NCBI GenBank assembly: GCA_963723125.1
Contig: CAVRPQ010000009.1
Span: 3,045 to 67,044 of the forward strand
From: an uncultured bacterium
Lineage (GTDB): Bacteria; Verrucomicrobiota; Verrucomicrobiia; Limisphaerales; UBA11358
Length of the DNA: 64,000 nucleotides
Direction: 5' to 3'
Part shown: piece after piece, positions 10,125 through 18,447 of the stretch
Layout: each line of letters begins with the position of its first letter
Numbering within the stretch: position 1 is the first letter of the stretch
Program-made: the position numbers and the translations under genes
Notes under the pieces: generated by a model
What the model was told of the DNA's origin: nothing
The model's input: only the letters and a program-made list of their open reading frames with translations
Databases searched by the model: none

Positions 10125-10298
10125 GCAGAAAGTTGGCTTGCACAATTCCTCAAATAATTTGAGGTTTGGTGCGTGGCGTAGATGAAAATGGCCTCCGATT
10201 TCTCGGAAACCGAGATCGGTTAGCTGTAAATCTGGATCATCACGAAAGCTGACCGTTCGGTAACAACGGTTTTGTTGCCAGAGGATTACTAATCCACA

Positions 10299-10327
10299 CC
10301 TCCCTCCGAGCGGGGAGGTTTTTGTTT
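10299..10327 (+). terminator. intrinsic-terminator-like hairpin plus T tract
   Basis: cctccc-tccgagcg-gggagg followed by tttttgttt. The T tract is present only on the + strand. Confidence 0.55.
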
Positions 10328-10388
10328 GGGTTACCAATTTGAAAGTTGAAGACGTGGACGGGACGAACGGCCCTCGCACAAAGACCGC

Positions 10389-11207
10389 TTATTCGTGGCC
10401 GCCGTGCTTGCGCAGTAAATCTGCCACGTCCTTGTGGCCCATGCTTGCCGCATAGAACAAGGGGGTCCGGCCTTGGTCGTCCATGGGATTGACCTCGACT
10501 TTGTTGGCCAGCAACAACTTTACAAAGTCCAATTCGCCGTAATACGCCGCTTCGCGCAGAGGCGTCCCGCCGAAGTTGTCCTTGGCATTCACATTCGCTC
10601 CCTTGGCCAGCAGTAATTCCGCCACGTCCTTGTTGTGATCAATCGCCGCCATCTGCAAGGGTGTCCGACCCAGTTTGTCCCCGGCATTGACATCAGCTTT
10701 GTTGGCTAGTAGTAATTCTGCCACGTCCTTGTGGACCATGCTTGCCGTATAGATCAGAGGGGTCACGCCAAAGTTATTCGTGGCATTGACATTCGCGCCA
10801 TTGGCCAACAGTAATGCCGCCACGTCCCGGTGGCCCTCAGACGCCGCCCAGTGCAACGGCGTCCAGCCAGCCCCATCCTTGGCATTGACCTTTGCACCAT
10901 TGGCCAGCAGTAATTCAGCCACATCGCTGTGGCCATAAGCAGCCGCCAAGTGCAACGGCGTCCAGTCTCTACCCAAGGTGTCGTCAAAATCGAATCCACT
11001 CGGATTTGAATCTTTGCTAAAAACCAGATCGGGGTTGCTTTTGAGCAACGCCTTGACTTTTGCCAAGTCACCAACCTTGGCCGCGTCATGAATTTCCCCG
11101 CAGAAAGCGAAGTTGTTCCAAACCAAAAATGTGAGAAGCACGAATAATCCACGTTTTGATAGTTGAAATGATGACCATCTTAGAAAATTGATTTGTGATG
11201 TGTTCAT
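10389..11207 (-). CDS. ankyrin-repeat protein with an N-terminal hydrophobic segment (272 aa)
   Basis: About six ANK units (TPLH.AA..GH.DVAELLLANGA.VNA.D). The N-terminus MNTSQINFLRWSS is shared with 22514..22822. Confidence 0.8.
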   Translation of the reverse strand: MNTSQINFLRWSSFQLSKRGLFVLLTFLVWNNFAFCGEIHDAAKVGDLAKVKALLKSNPDLVFSKDSNPSGFDFDDTLGRDWTPLHLAAAYGHSDVAELLLANGAKVNAKDGAGWTPLHWAASEGHRDVAALLLANGANVNATNNFGVTPLIYTASMVHKDVAELLLANKADVNAGDKLGRTPLQMAAIDHNKDVAELLLAKGANVNAKDNFGGTPLREAAYYGELDFVKLLLANKVEVNPMDDQGRTPLFYAASMGHKDVADLLRKHGGHE

Positions 11208-11225
11208 AACGTTTAATATGTAGCC

Positions 11226-11279
11226 TCACCAACCGCCGCTCAAAACGAGCGCGAGGTAGAGGAGGAATTTCAATTTCAT
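11226..11279 (-). other. orphan signal-peptide cassette mini-ORF (17 codons, MKLKFLLYLALVLSGGW*)
   Basis: Cassette consensus at nucleotide level. Its ATG overlaps the stop of 11276..12193 as ATGA. It terminates 19 nt before the ankyrin gene start. Confidence 0.6.
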
Positions 11280-12193
11280 TTTACTGTTACTTTTGAGTTC
11301 ATTTGGGAAATCAGGATTTTCCCGCCAATGTTCTCAAACGTCGCTGACTCCGTGGTGATGGCTTCTCCGGCATTTCCATCGGCTGAATAGGTTTCAACCA
11401 CGGTTGACGTGCTCGTCGCCTTCTGGCCACCGAGAGCTATTTCAACCACGACATCTTTGCGCTGGAGTTTGTAATTTTCGACGTCCTTGAATCCAACCTC
11501 CAGGCTGCGGCGATAACTGTTTGTGTCATTTTTGGTCGTGTCCGTCCGTTTGCCTTCAACGGTCGTGGCGGTGATGATGGCGTTATCCGCAAAGTTGGCG
11601 ACGACTGCGGTGGCATCTTTGTCGAGCAATCCTTTGTCCATGGATTCCAAAATATCCAAAACTTGCGCTTTGGAAATTTTGCCACTCACCGCGAAGACGA
11701 ATGGCAGTTGTCGGACGCCGTTTGTCAATTGCGGCGCTGGAAGTGTTGGCCGTTGCATTTCCGACATCAGGGCTTTGGCCGATGGATTGAAAATGCACGT
11801 TTTGCCTTTCGTGTGAAAAATAAACAAGGGGATTTCGTCTTCCGGCAGGAACAAAACCAGTTTATTTGAAATGACTTTCCATTCGCCATGTTTTTCCCAA
11901 GCTTTCCCATCTTTGATTCCGCTGACGGAAACCTGCCGGTTGGTTTCCAAAGAAATGAGAAGCTTATCCGGCCCAAACCACACGCTCCACTTGCCGGTCA
12001 TTTCACGGATAACTTGCTGTTCAGAAAGCGAATCAACTGCGGGCGCTTTCACAACTACCGAGTCGGATTCCCACAGTTCCGGCCAGATGCCGTCAATTTG
12101 TTCTTTGCTGAAATCTTTTGCGTCGGCGGCAAAAGACGTGACCGTTGCTCCGCTCAAAACAAGCGCGAGGCACAGGAGGAGTTTGGGGTTCAT
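11276..12193 (-). CDS. exported protein with an NTF2/SnoaL-like C-terminal half (305 aa)
   Basis: Cassette signal peptide MNPKLLLCLALVLSGA. The C-terminal fold call is weak and based on pattern only. Confidence 0.65.
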   Translation of the reverse strand: MNPKLLLCLALVLSGATVTSFAADAKDFSKEQIDGIWPELWESDSVVVKAPAVDSLSEQQVIREMTGKWSVWFGPDKLLISLETNRQVSVSGIKDGKAWEKHGEWKVISNKLVLFLPEDEIPLFIFHTKGKTCIFNPSAKALMSEMQRPTLPAPQLTNGVRQLPFVFAVSGKISKAQVLDILESMDKGLLDKDATAVVANFADNAIITATTVEGKRTDTTKNDTNSYRRSLEVGFKDVENYKLQRKDVVVEIALGGQKATSTSTVVETYSADGNAGEAITTESATFENIGGKILISQMNSKVTVK

Positions 12194-13089
12194 GGTTCTT
12201 TGTCTGCTATCTTTTGCAGAATCTCAACCTGCTTCACTACTCTGTTGGATTTGTCCGTGAATGTGATCCTGGCTTTGTATTCCAGAATACCGCATTCGCG
12301 TGACTTTCCTTTCAACTCGCATATCCAAACACTGGGTTCCTCGGTTTGAATGTGCCCAATCCCATAATAGGAGATGGTACCGCATTTGCCGCCACGCGCT
12401 TTCTCATAATCCACCATCGCTTGGCCAAAGGCATCGTACATTTTGTGTTGTTGCTCGTCGAGTTTCTTCCACATCGCGCCGTCTCTCTTGGCTTCTGGCT
12501 TCAAAAGTTCGATAATTTGGCTCGCGGAATAGGGTTGGGAGGCGTTCCATCTATTCCAACGATCCGGCAACGGAATGATGATGTCATCCGACTCCCCATG
12601 CAGCCATACCGCACGGAATAGAAGCCACGGCATGTCCAAAGAGCGAAGTTCATAATCCTGCTTTCTGACTTGCGGCAATTGTGCTGCCGTTCGCAGCGCC
12701 TCCAACCATCCGTCAGAAAAACCGGATCCGTCAAGCTGAGTGCATTTCAATGCTTTTCCTGTTCCATCATCGGCTTTCAAAAACGCCACCCCGACGGCGT
12801 TGGTTCCTTGCAAGAGAAGATATTGCCAACCACCGCCATAGCCAGGTTTTGCCGCTGACAGACGCTCACCTGAAGCCACGTCAAAAGAATAGCTTTGATA
12901 AGGAGCGGCGATGGTCAACCTTTCGACATTTGTAATGCCCAATGGTTTGAGAAGTTGTGGATCAAGATATTTCTCCACGATCTGTTTTCCGCCCTCCGGC
13001 GCTTTGGGATAGGTGATGGCCGCACGGCAATTATAGGTGAGTAGGCCTCCCAAAACGAGCGCGAAACAGAGGAGAAGTTTGGGGTTCAT
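12190..13089 (-). CDS. exported protein of unknown function, paralog of 16446..17162
   Basis: Cassette signal MNPKLLLCFALVLGG. Shares LPQV..DYE.R.L......WLHG.SDDI.IP....Y...PYS..Q...LLKP with 16446..17162. Confidence 0.7.
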   Translation of the reverse strand: MNPKLLLCFALVLGGLLTYNCRAAITYPKAPEGGKQIVEKYLDPQLLKPLGITNVERLTIAAPYQSYSFDVASGERLSAAKPGYGGGWQYLLLQGTNAVGVAFLKADDGTGKALKCTQLDGSGFSDGWLEALRTAAQLPQVRKQDYELRSLDMPWLLFRAVWLHGESDDIIIPLPDRWNRWNASQPYSASQIIELLKPEAKRDGAMWKKLDEQQHKMYDAFGQAMVDYEKARGGKCGTISYYGIGHIQTEEPSVWICELKGKSRECGILEYKARITFTDKSNRVVKQVEILQKIADKEP

Positions 13090-13091
13090 AA

Positions 13092-13661
13092 TTACCATTT
13101 CACAAACGGGCCGAAAACAATCAGGTAAGGGTCAAGCCACAATTGCTTGGCGTCGAATTTCGTTCTGTCGCAAGAATTCAATTCGCCTTTTATCGCGAAG
13201 CCTTTGTCACCGGTCAAATCAAAGGCCAGATAATGACGATTTTTGTGACGCCAATCAAATTCGCCGGCTTGAATTCTTCCGCGAAGCGGCTCCGAATTCG
13301 GAAACGGCAACGACGACGACGATTTGATGGATTCCCAAATCTGACCATCCAATTGAGTCCGCGCCAGCCAGGCGCAAGTCTGCCGCGAATCCACCTGCCA
13401 TTCCGAAATTTGGTTTAATTTATTTGTCGGATAATAAAGCACCAGCGAACATGACGGATTATTTAACTGAAAAAACGCCAGCATTTTCCCATCAACGAGG
13501 CCGCGGCTGCCATTGGCAAATGAATTTGTATATGTTTCAGTGCGCCCATCGCTATTTAGATTTGTGACCGTGAAATGATTTTTCCAAACGGTTTCCGTTT
13601 CGCAGCCTGTCAGCACGCCGCTCAAAATGAGCGCGAGGCAGAGGAGGAGTTTGGGCTTCAT
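13092..13661 (-). CDS. putative lipoprotein of unknown function (189 aa)
   Basis: Cassette signal MKPKLLLCLALILSGVLTGC with a lipobox. Confidence 0.7.
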   Translation of the reverse strand: MKPKLLLCLALILSGVLTGCETETVWKNHFTVTNLNSDGRTETYTNSFANGSRGLVDGKMLAFFQLNNPSCSLVLYYPTNKLNQISEWQVDSRQTCAWLARTQLDGQIWESIKSSSSLPFPNSEPLRGRIQAGEFDWRHKNRHYLAFDLTGDKGFAIKGELNSCDRTKFDAKQLWLDPYLIVFGPFVKW

Positions 13662-14497
13662 GGTTTAGATTTAAGAAGCAGAATGCCGCCAAGCAATGGA
13701 AACAAACACACGACAAGCAGCGCCGTGCCGAGTGGACGATTTCTGCGGCCGGGAAATTGAGATGGTTCAGCCCGGTGAATAATTGGAACCCAATTGGCCT
13801 TTGAAAGGTTCATATCCAATTTTTCAGCCTTGATTTTTAAGGCGAGAAGTTTTTGAAATTTTCGCAAACGATCCAGTTGATTTTTTGCATCCCAAAAAGG
13901 CTGCTGCTCCGGAAGGCGATTGGTCGAAACGTTGTCTTGAATTCCATATTTCTGGCGCAACTGTTCGACATTGGTCTGAAGCATCATTATCTGCTTGTCT
14001 TCGTTTTGAAATTGTTGCTGCAAAGCCTCGATTCCCCGTAGTTCCAGAATCGTCAGAGTTTCAACACGATATTTATGATAGCTTTCGGCAATGGCGTTGG
14101 CCACGTCAGCCGCTTCCTTCGGGGTGTCGCCGTAATATGTGATGTCAACAAACTTGGTGTTGCCTATGGGCGTAAGGCGCATATGCCGCCTGAGAATCGC
14201 ATAACATCTGGCGGTTTTGAGTGGTTCGCCGTAGGAGTATTTTTTGCCCCAAACTACGTTGAGATTCAAACTGGCGACGACATTCGACAGCACAAGCTGG
14301 GACCTGATGATTTCAAACGAGGTTTGGATGAAATATGGATCATAAGTAAAGACACCGATTAATTCATTATCTTGTTCGATCTTGATTCTCACGGTCGCTG
14401 CATATTGTGGGGGACGCAACAACAGCCACAATCCCGCGCCACACAGCGCCATACCGCCGAGCAGGAGCGCGAGGCAGAGGAGGAGTTTGGGTTTCAT
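13658..14497 (-). CDS. Wzz/GumC-like polysaccharide chain-length-determinant family protein
   Basis: N-terminal TM, then YAATVRIKIE....DPYFIQTSFEIIRSQLVLSNVVASLNL, a coiled-coil segment, and a C-terminal TM LLVVCLFPLLGGILLL. This is the typical PCP/Wzz layout. Confidence 0.6.
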   Translation of the reverse strand: MKPKLLLCLALLLGGMALCGAGLWLLLRPPQYAATVRIKIEQDNELIGVFTYDPYFIQTSFEIIRSQLVLSNVVASLNLNVVWGKKYSYGEPLKTARCYAILRRHMRLTPIGNTKFVDITYYGDTPKEAADVANAIAESYHKYRVETLTILELRGIEALQQQFQNEDKQIMMLQTNVEQLRQKYGIQDNVSTNRLPEQQPFWDAKNQLDRLRKFQKLLALKIKAEKLDMNLSKANWVPIIHRAEPSQFPGRRNRPLGTALLVVCLFPLLGGILLLKSKP

Positions 14498-14499
14498 AA

Positions 14500-15396
14500 T
14501 CAAAGATTGTCGTCCGGGTCGGAATTCACCAATTCGCCTTTTGTATTATAGAAGTGCCCGTTCTTCTCGACATAAAGCCATGAAAAATTGCTTCCCCAAT
14601 CGTTCGGATTTAGGTTCTGAATTCCATCGCCAAAGGCGACTTTGACGACGTCGCCGGTCACCAGTTGAAGTTGGCCGAGCCTGGAGAGAGATTCGTCAAA
14701 GTGGATAACGATGGTTTGCCCGGGTTTATCGCCGGGAACCCAGCCCAGCGCCGTTGGCAGGGGCTTGATCAACGCGACGGTGATCGTTTTCAGTATGGTC
14801 GGCGTTTTGCGGATGCGGACAATTTTACCTTCGATGCCGAAGATGTGTGAGGTAATTTCATTCAATCCATATCCAGTAAACGATTCAGCCGCCTCCTGCT
14901 GCTCCAGCGTTTTAAGATACATGCCATCTTCAAGGTAAACAAAACGCAGCGCTTGGGTGTCGAGCACAAAATCCGTCCAAGCGATTCGCCCCCACGGCAC
15001 CCTGACAAACAGCATTTTTTCATTTAGCCAATGGTGGCGGATTTCGTAACCCGCGTGATCAAGCAACTCCACACGGACACACCGATTGGTATCGGCGGAG
15101 TCAAAGATATAGAGCCGCGTATTCCACGGCCCGGCGCGCATCGTGTCCGGCTTCTCCTCGACCAGCCACCGGGAACCAAATTTCGTTTTGTCCTTCGGCA
15201 AGGAAGCCAATCCGGACAACTGTTCACTCGTGAGGAAAATGCGCTCGATTTTTATTTTCTGCAAACTGGCGGAAGAAGGCGGAGAATATGAGACGGCATC
15301 TTGTCGTGATAATTGAACCGTCGAGCAGCCAACCAAACCGCCGCTCAAAACGAGCGCGAGGTAGAGCAGGAGTTTGGATTTTATGGTTCTCTTCAT
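14500..15396 (-). CDS. putative lipoprotein of unknown function, paralog of 21563..22495
   Basis: Signal MKRTIKSKLLLYLALVLSGGLVGCS, a cassette variant with an insertion. Collinear similarity to 21563..22495 across the full length. Confidence 0.7.
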   Translation of the reverse strand: MKRTIKSKLLLYLALVLSGGLVGCSTVQLSRQDAVSYSPPSSASLQKIKIERIFLTSEQLSGLASLPKDKTKFGSRWLVEEKPDTMRAGPWNTRLYIFDSADTNRCVRVELLDHAGYEIRHHWLNEKMLFVRVPWGRIAWTDFVLDTQALRFVYLEDGMYLKTLEQQEAAESFTGYGLNEITSHIFGIEGKIVRIRKTPTILKTITVALIKPLPTALGWVPGDKPGQTIVIHFDESLSRLGQLQLVTGDVVKVAFGDGIQNLNPNDWGSNFSWLYVEKNGHFYNTKGELVNSDPDDNL

Positions 15397-15734
15397 AGTA
15401 AATGTGCAATTACCCAGAGAAAAATCCAAATTCCCAGGACGAGAGTTGGCGCAAGAGCAAAAAAAATCGTGCGAAGGCCTGCTTTGTTGTCATTGACAGC
15501 AAATTGAATGACCGCCCCGAGTAAAAGAATGGGAGCACACAACACAAAAGCTTCAAGAAGCGCGTTGGCCAAAGGATCGAAAATGGTGGTGTTGTTTCCA
15601 ACATATGTGTGCAACGGATGCGGATAAAATAAACGGAACAAAAAATAAAAAGGGAATGCAAAAACCACGTAGGCTTTGAAGGGCAATAATGCCAGAGCAA
15701 TCCGCTTGTTGTTTTTTAATGTGCAAATATTCAT
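15393..15734 (-). CDS. small polytopic membrane protein (113 aa)
   Basis: Three to four hydrophobic spans. Its start overlaps the stop of the mini-ORF 15731..15772 as ATGA. Confidence 0.55.
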   Translation of the reverse strand: MNICTLKNNKRIALALLPFKAYVVFAFPFYFLFRLFYPHPLHTYVGNNTTIFDPLANALLEAFVLCAPILLLGAVIQFAVNDNKAGLRTIFFALAPTLVLGIWIFLWVIAHLL

Positions 15735-15772
15735 TCAACGAGCGCGAGACCGAGGAGGAGTTTAGAGTTCAT
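15731..15772 (-). other. orphan signal-peptide cassette mini-ORF (13 codons, MNSKLLLGLALVE*)
   Basis: Cassette consensus. It lies 2 nt after the stop of 15775..16449, and its stop overlaps the ATG of 15393..15734. Confidence 0.6.
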
Positions 15773-15774
15773 GG

Positions 15775-16449
15775 CTAGTCATCAACTTTGAACACCTTAT
15801 TGAAGTTTGACTGTCGATGTAATACCTGCTGTTCCTGGGGATTCAGCGGGTCCGCGCGAATATGCAACGTCACTCTGAATTCTGCATTCGTTGGCAGATA
15901 TGTAGCTGAGCCGGCAATCGGAATTGCGGTGCCATAACGTAATTCCATGACCAGGTATTCCTTCCCGCTTTCAAGTTTGCCTGTTGTGGGCACTCTAATA
16001 TCGCAGCCTGAACTTGACCCCTGCGGTGCCTTGTCGATCCACAGGAGACCGAGACTTCCGAAGATCTTCACTTTGCCCTGTGGCTTGTCTGGATTTATCG
16101 CATCCGGATCAACCATACCAAGTTGGAAAAATTCAGTGCCGACGGCCAGCGACGTGCCGCGAATCTGTCGTGAAGATATTGCCTTATCGAGCACTCCGTT
16201 CCGGTAAACCCGACACGTTACAGATAATTTCATGGACGATGGGTAATTAACTGCGACTTGCCGCTTCCAAAGACCTAAAGGGATTTCAAGCTGGGTGTCC
16301 GTATCTGAAGGGGTTTCCGAAACAACGACACTGTTTTGATAATTCGTCACATTTGTAACGGCGTTAGTTTGCGGCAATCGTGTTGAAACGCAGCCCGTTA
16401 AAGAGCCACCCAAAACCAGCGCGAGGCAGAGGAAGAGTTTGGGGTTCAT
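15775..16449 (-). CDS. putative lipoprotein of unknown function (224 aa)
   Basis: Cassette signal MNPKLFLCLALVLGGSLTGC. Confidence 0.7.
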   Translation of the reverse strand: MNPKLFLCLALVLGGSLTGCVSTRLPQTNAVTNVTNYQNSVVVSETPSDTDTQLEIPLGLWKRQVAVNYPSSMKLSVTCRVYRNGVLDKAISSRQIRGTSLAVGTEFFQLGMVDPDAINPDKPQGKVKIFGSLGLLWIDKAPQGSSSGCDIRVPTTGKLESGKEYLVMELRYGTAIPIAGSATYLPTNAEFRVTLHIRADPLNPQEQQVLHRQSNFNKVFKVDD

Positions 16450-17162
16450 GGTTTAGTTTTACTTTCGAATGGATCAGACTTTTCGACGGGGATTGGACCC
16501 TTAGCGCCACCGCCAGATTTCGACCCGTCCTCCACTATCGGTTTCAAGAGTTTGACCATCTGCTTCTCTGAATATGGTTTGTACGCTTTCCATTTTCCGT
16601 AGCCGTCAGAGATCGGGATTAATATGTCATCTGAATTTCCATGAAGCCAAATCATTGGGAATTCCATGCCGCCATAAGTTAAATAGCGAAATTCGTAATC
16701 GTGGTCATTAACCTGCGGCAGTCGTCCAGCTTTTTCCAATGCCACCCATATCGGATCCTGTTGTCCTTTGAGTGCCGCACCAGAGCATATGAAGCCGCCA
16801 AAGGACCAATGATTTGTATCCCAGGCCAGCTCCATCACCCCAACCATATTCGTTCCGCACATCATCAGATAGTTCCACCCGAGGGACGTTGAATCCGTGG
16901 AAGGGAGCAACTTTCCGGACAATACGGAGTGATAATCAACCCGATACCACTTAAACCCATTTGTTACGTTTAGTTTGTCTATTTGAAAATGCTTTGGGGC
17001 AAATCCGGGATTTACGTCGTGATAGAACGAAACAGTCTCCTGATAGGCAATGGCACGATATGTTTCCGATTGTTTCGGAAAAATGACACCGGCACCGCAA
17101 TTTTCAATGAGCGTGGTACCGCTCAAAACGAGCACGAGGCAGAGGGGGAGTTTTGAGTTCAT
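16446..17162 (-). CDS. exported protein of unknown function, paralog of 12190..13089
   Basis: Cassette signal MNSKLPLCLVLVLSG, with the conserved C-terminal motifs listed under 12190..13089. Confidence 0.7.
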   Translation of the reverse strand: MNSKLPLCLVLVLSGTTLIENCGAGVIFPKQSETYRAIAYQETVSFYHDVNPGFAPKHFQIDKLNVTNGFKWYRVDYHSVLSGKLLPSTDSTSLGWNYLMMCGTNMVGVMELAWDTNHWSFGGFICSGAALKGQQDPIWVALEKAGRLPQVNDHDYEFRYLTYGGMEFPMIWLHGNSDDILIPISDGYGKWKAYKPYSEKQMVKLLKPIVEDGSKSGGGAKGPIPVEKSDPFESKTKP

Positions 17163-17252
17163 GGCATGTGTTACGGAGTGTTCGATATACTCATCTCTTT
17201 CAAATCCATAGAAATGCGGCGAGCCAGAAACTTTCTGTTGTTTCCATACAAT

Positions 17253-18437
17253 TTATTCGTGGCCGCCATGTTGCCGCAATAGGTCTGCCACCTCATCGTA
17301 CCACTTCTTTGACTGCAGACTGTAACTTCGACCCTTCGTCATATCCAAAGGCGTCCTGCCGCGATTGTCCTTTGCATTCGCGTCCGCGCCATTTGCCAAG
17401 AGCAATGTCGTGACATCCACGGAACCGTTCACCGCTGCAGAATGCAAAGGCGTCTCTCCACCATTGTCCTTGGCATTAACATCCGCTCCCTTCGCCAACA
17501 GCAACTTTATCATGTCTGTGTGTCCTCTGGAAAAGGCCGTGAGAAACAAAGGGGTCTCGCCTTTGTTGTTCTTGGCATTGACATCGGCTCCTTTGGCCAA
17601 CAGCAATGCTACGGTATCCGTACGGAAAGATTCCGCTGCGTAATGTAATGGCGTATTACCTCGATTGTCCTTGGTGTTGAAGTCAGCTTTATTCGCCAGT
17701 AGCAATTTCACCATGTCAGCTCGGCTATTTCTCGCCGCGGCGTGTAAAGGTGCCTCGCCGTCGTTGCCTGTGGCGTTAACATCTGCTCCATTGGCTAACA
17801 ACAATTCCGCCACATCTTTGTGTCCCGTCAAAGCCGCCCAATACAAAGGTGTCTTACTGTCGACAGACCTGGCATCGACATCGGCTTTATTTGCCAGAAG
17901 AAATTTCACGATGTCCGTGCGGTCATATAACGCAGCCATGTGTAAAGCCGTCTCGCGGTACAAACCCGGGCCACCGTCGTTGTCCTTACTATTCACCAAG
18001 TCAGGGTTGGCATTCACCAATTTCTTGACCTTTTCCAAATCACCATCCGCTGCCGCTTCAAAAATCTCGCTATTGTAAATGACTCTGAAGGAATTCCTGC
18101 TGGTGCTCAATTTGGATAAAAGCCTGCGAGCTTCCGCTGCTTGATGTTGGTCAACATGAACGTCACACCACCCGCCGGAAGAGGTGCCAATTGTAAAAAT
18201 ACCATGCCGATGTAGCGCGTGGCTTATCAATTTTTCGCTGGCCTTGTCAGACATCTTATAACTCGCAACCAGAACCATGTGAGTGCCAGGTGGTAGCTCG
18301 ACACGTGGTGCCGCAGGTGTTGCCGACTGGAATAAATCAGGTGCGCCGCAACCAGACAAAACTATGGCTGCAACACACACAAGCATCATCGGTCGAATTT
18401 TCATGAGTGCGAGGCAGAGGAGAAATTTGGGCTTCAT
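17253..18437 (-). CDS. exported ankyrin-repeat protein carrying a cassette fused in frame to a second lipoprotein signal
   Basis: MKPKFLLCLAL, then MKIRPMMLVCVAAIVLSGCG, then about seven ANK units. The ORF-track extension to 18515 reads through the 3' end of the upstream gene and is not credible. Confidence 0.75.
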   Translation of the reverse strand: MKPKFLLCLALMKIRPMMLVCVAAIVLSGCGAPDLFQSATPAAPRVELPPGTHMVLVASYKMSDKASEKLISHALHRHGIFTIGTSSGGWCDVHVDQHQAAEARRLLSKLSTSRNSFRVIYNSEIFEAAADGDLEKVKKLVNANPDLVNSKDNDGGPGLYRETALHMAALYDRTDIVKFLLANKADVDARSVDSKTPLYWAALTGHKDVAELLLANGADVNATGNDGEAPLHAAARNSRADMVKLLLANKADFNTKDNRGNTPLHYAAESFRTDTVALLLAKGADVNAKNNKGETPLFLTAFSRGHTDMIKLLLAKGADVNAKDNGGETPLHSAAVNGSVDVTTLLLANGADANAKDNRGRTPLDMTKGRSYSLQSKKWYDEVADLLRQHGGHE

Positions 18438-18447
18438 GGTTTGATAA

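Noticed and set aside
13575-13760. Plus-strand ORFs initiated by the GGAGGAG...ATG that each cassette creates on the opposite strand (e.g. 13575-13760, 15313-15507, 21395-21586)
   Set aside because: The SD-like string is simply the complement of the Leu-Leu-Leu codons. The resulting ORFs are short, share only the cassette-derived QNEREAEEEFG peptide, and lie antisense to well-supported genes.
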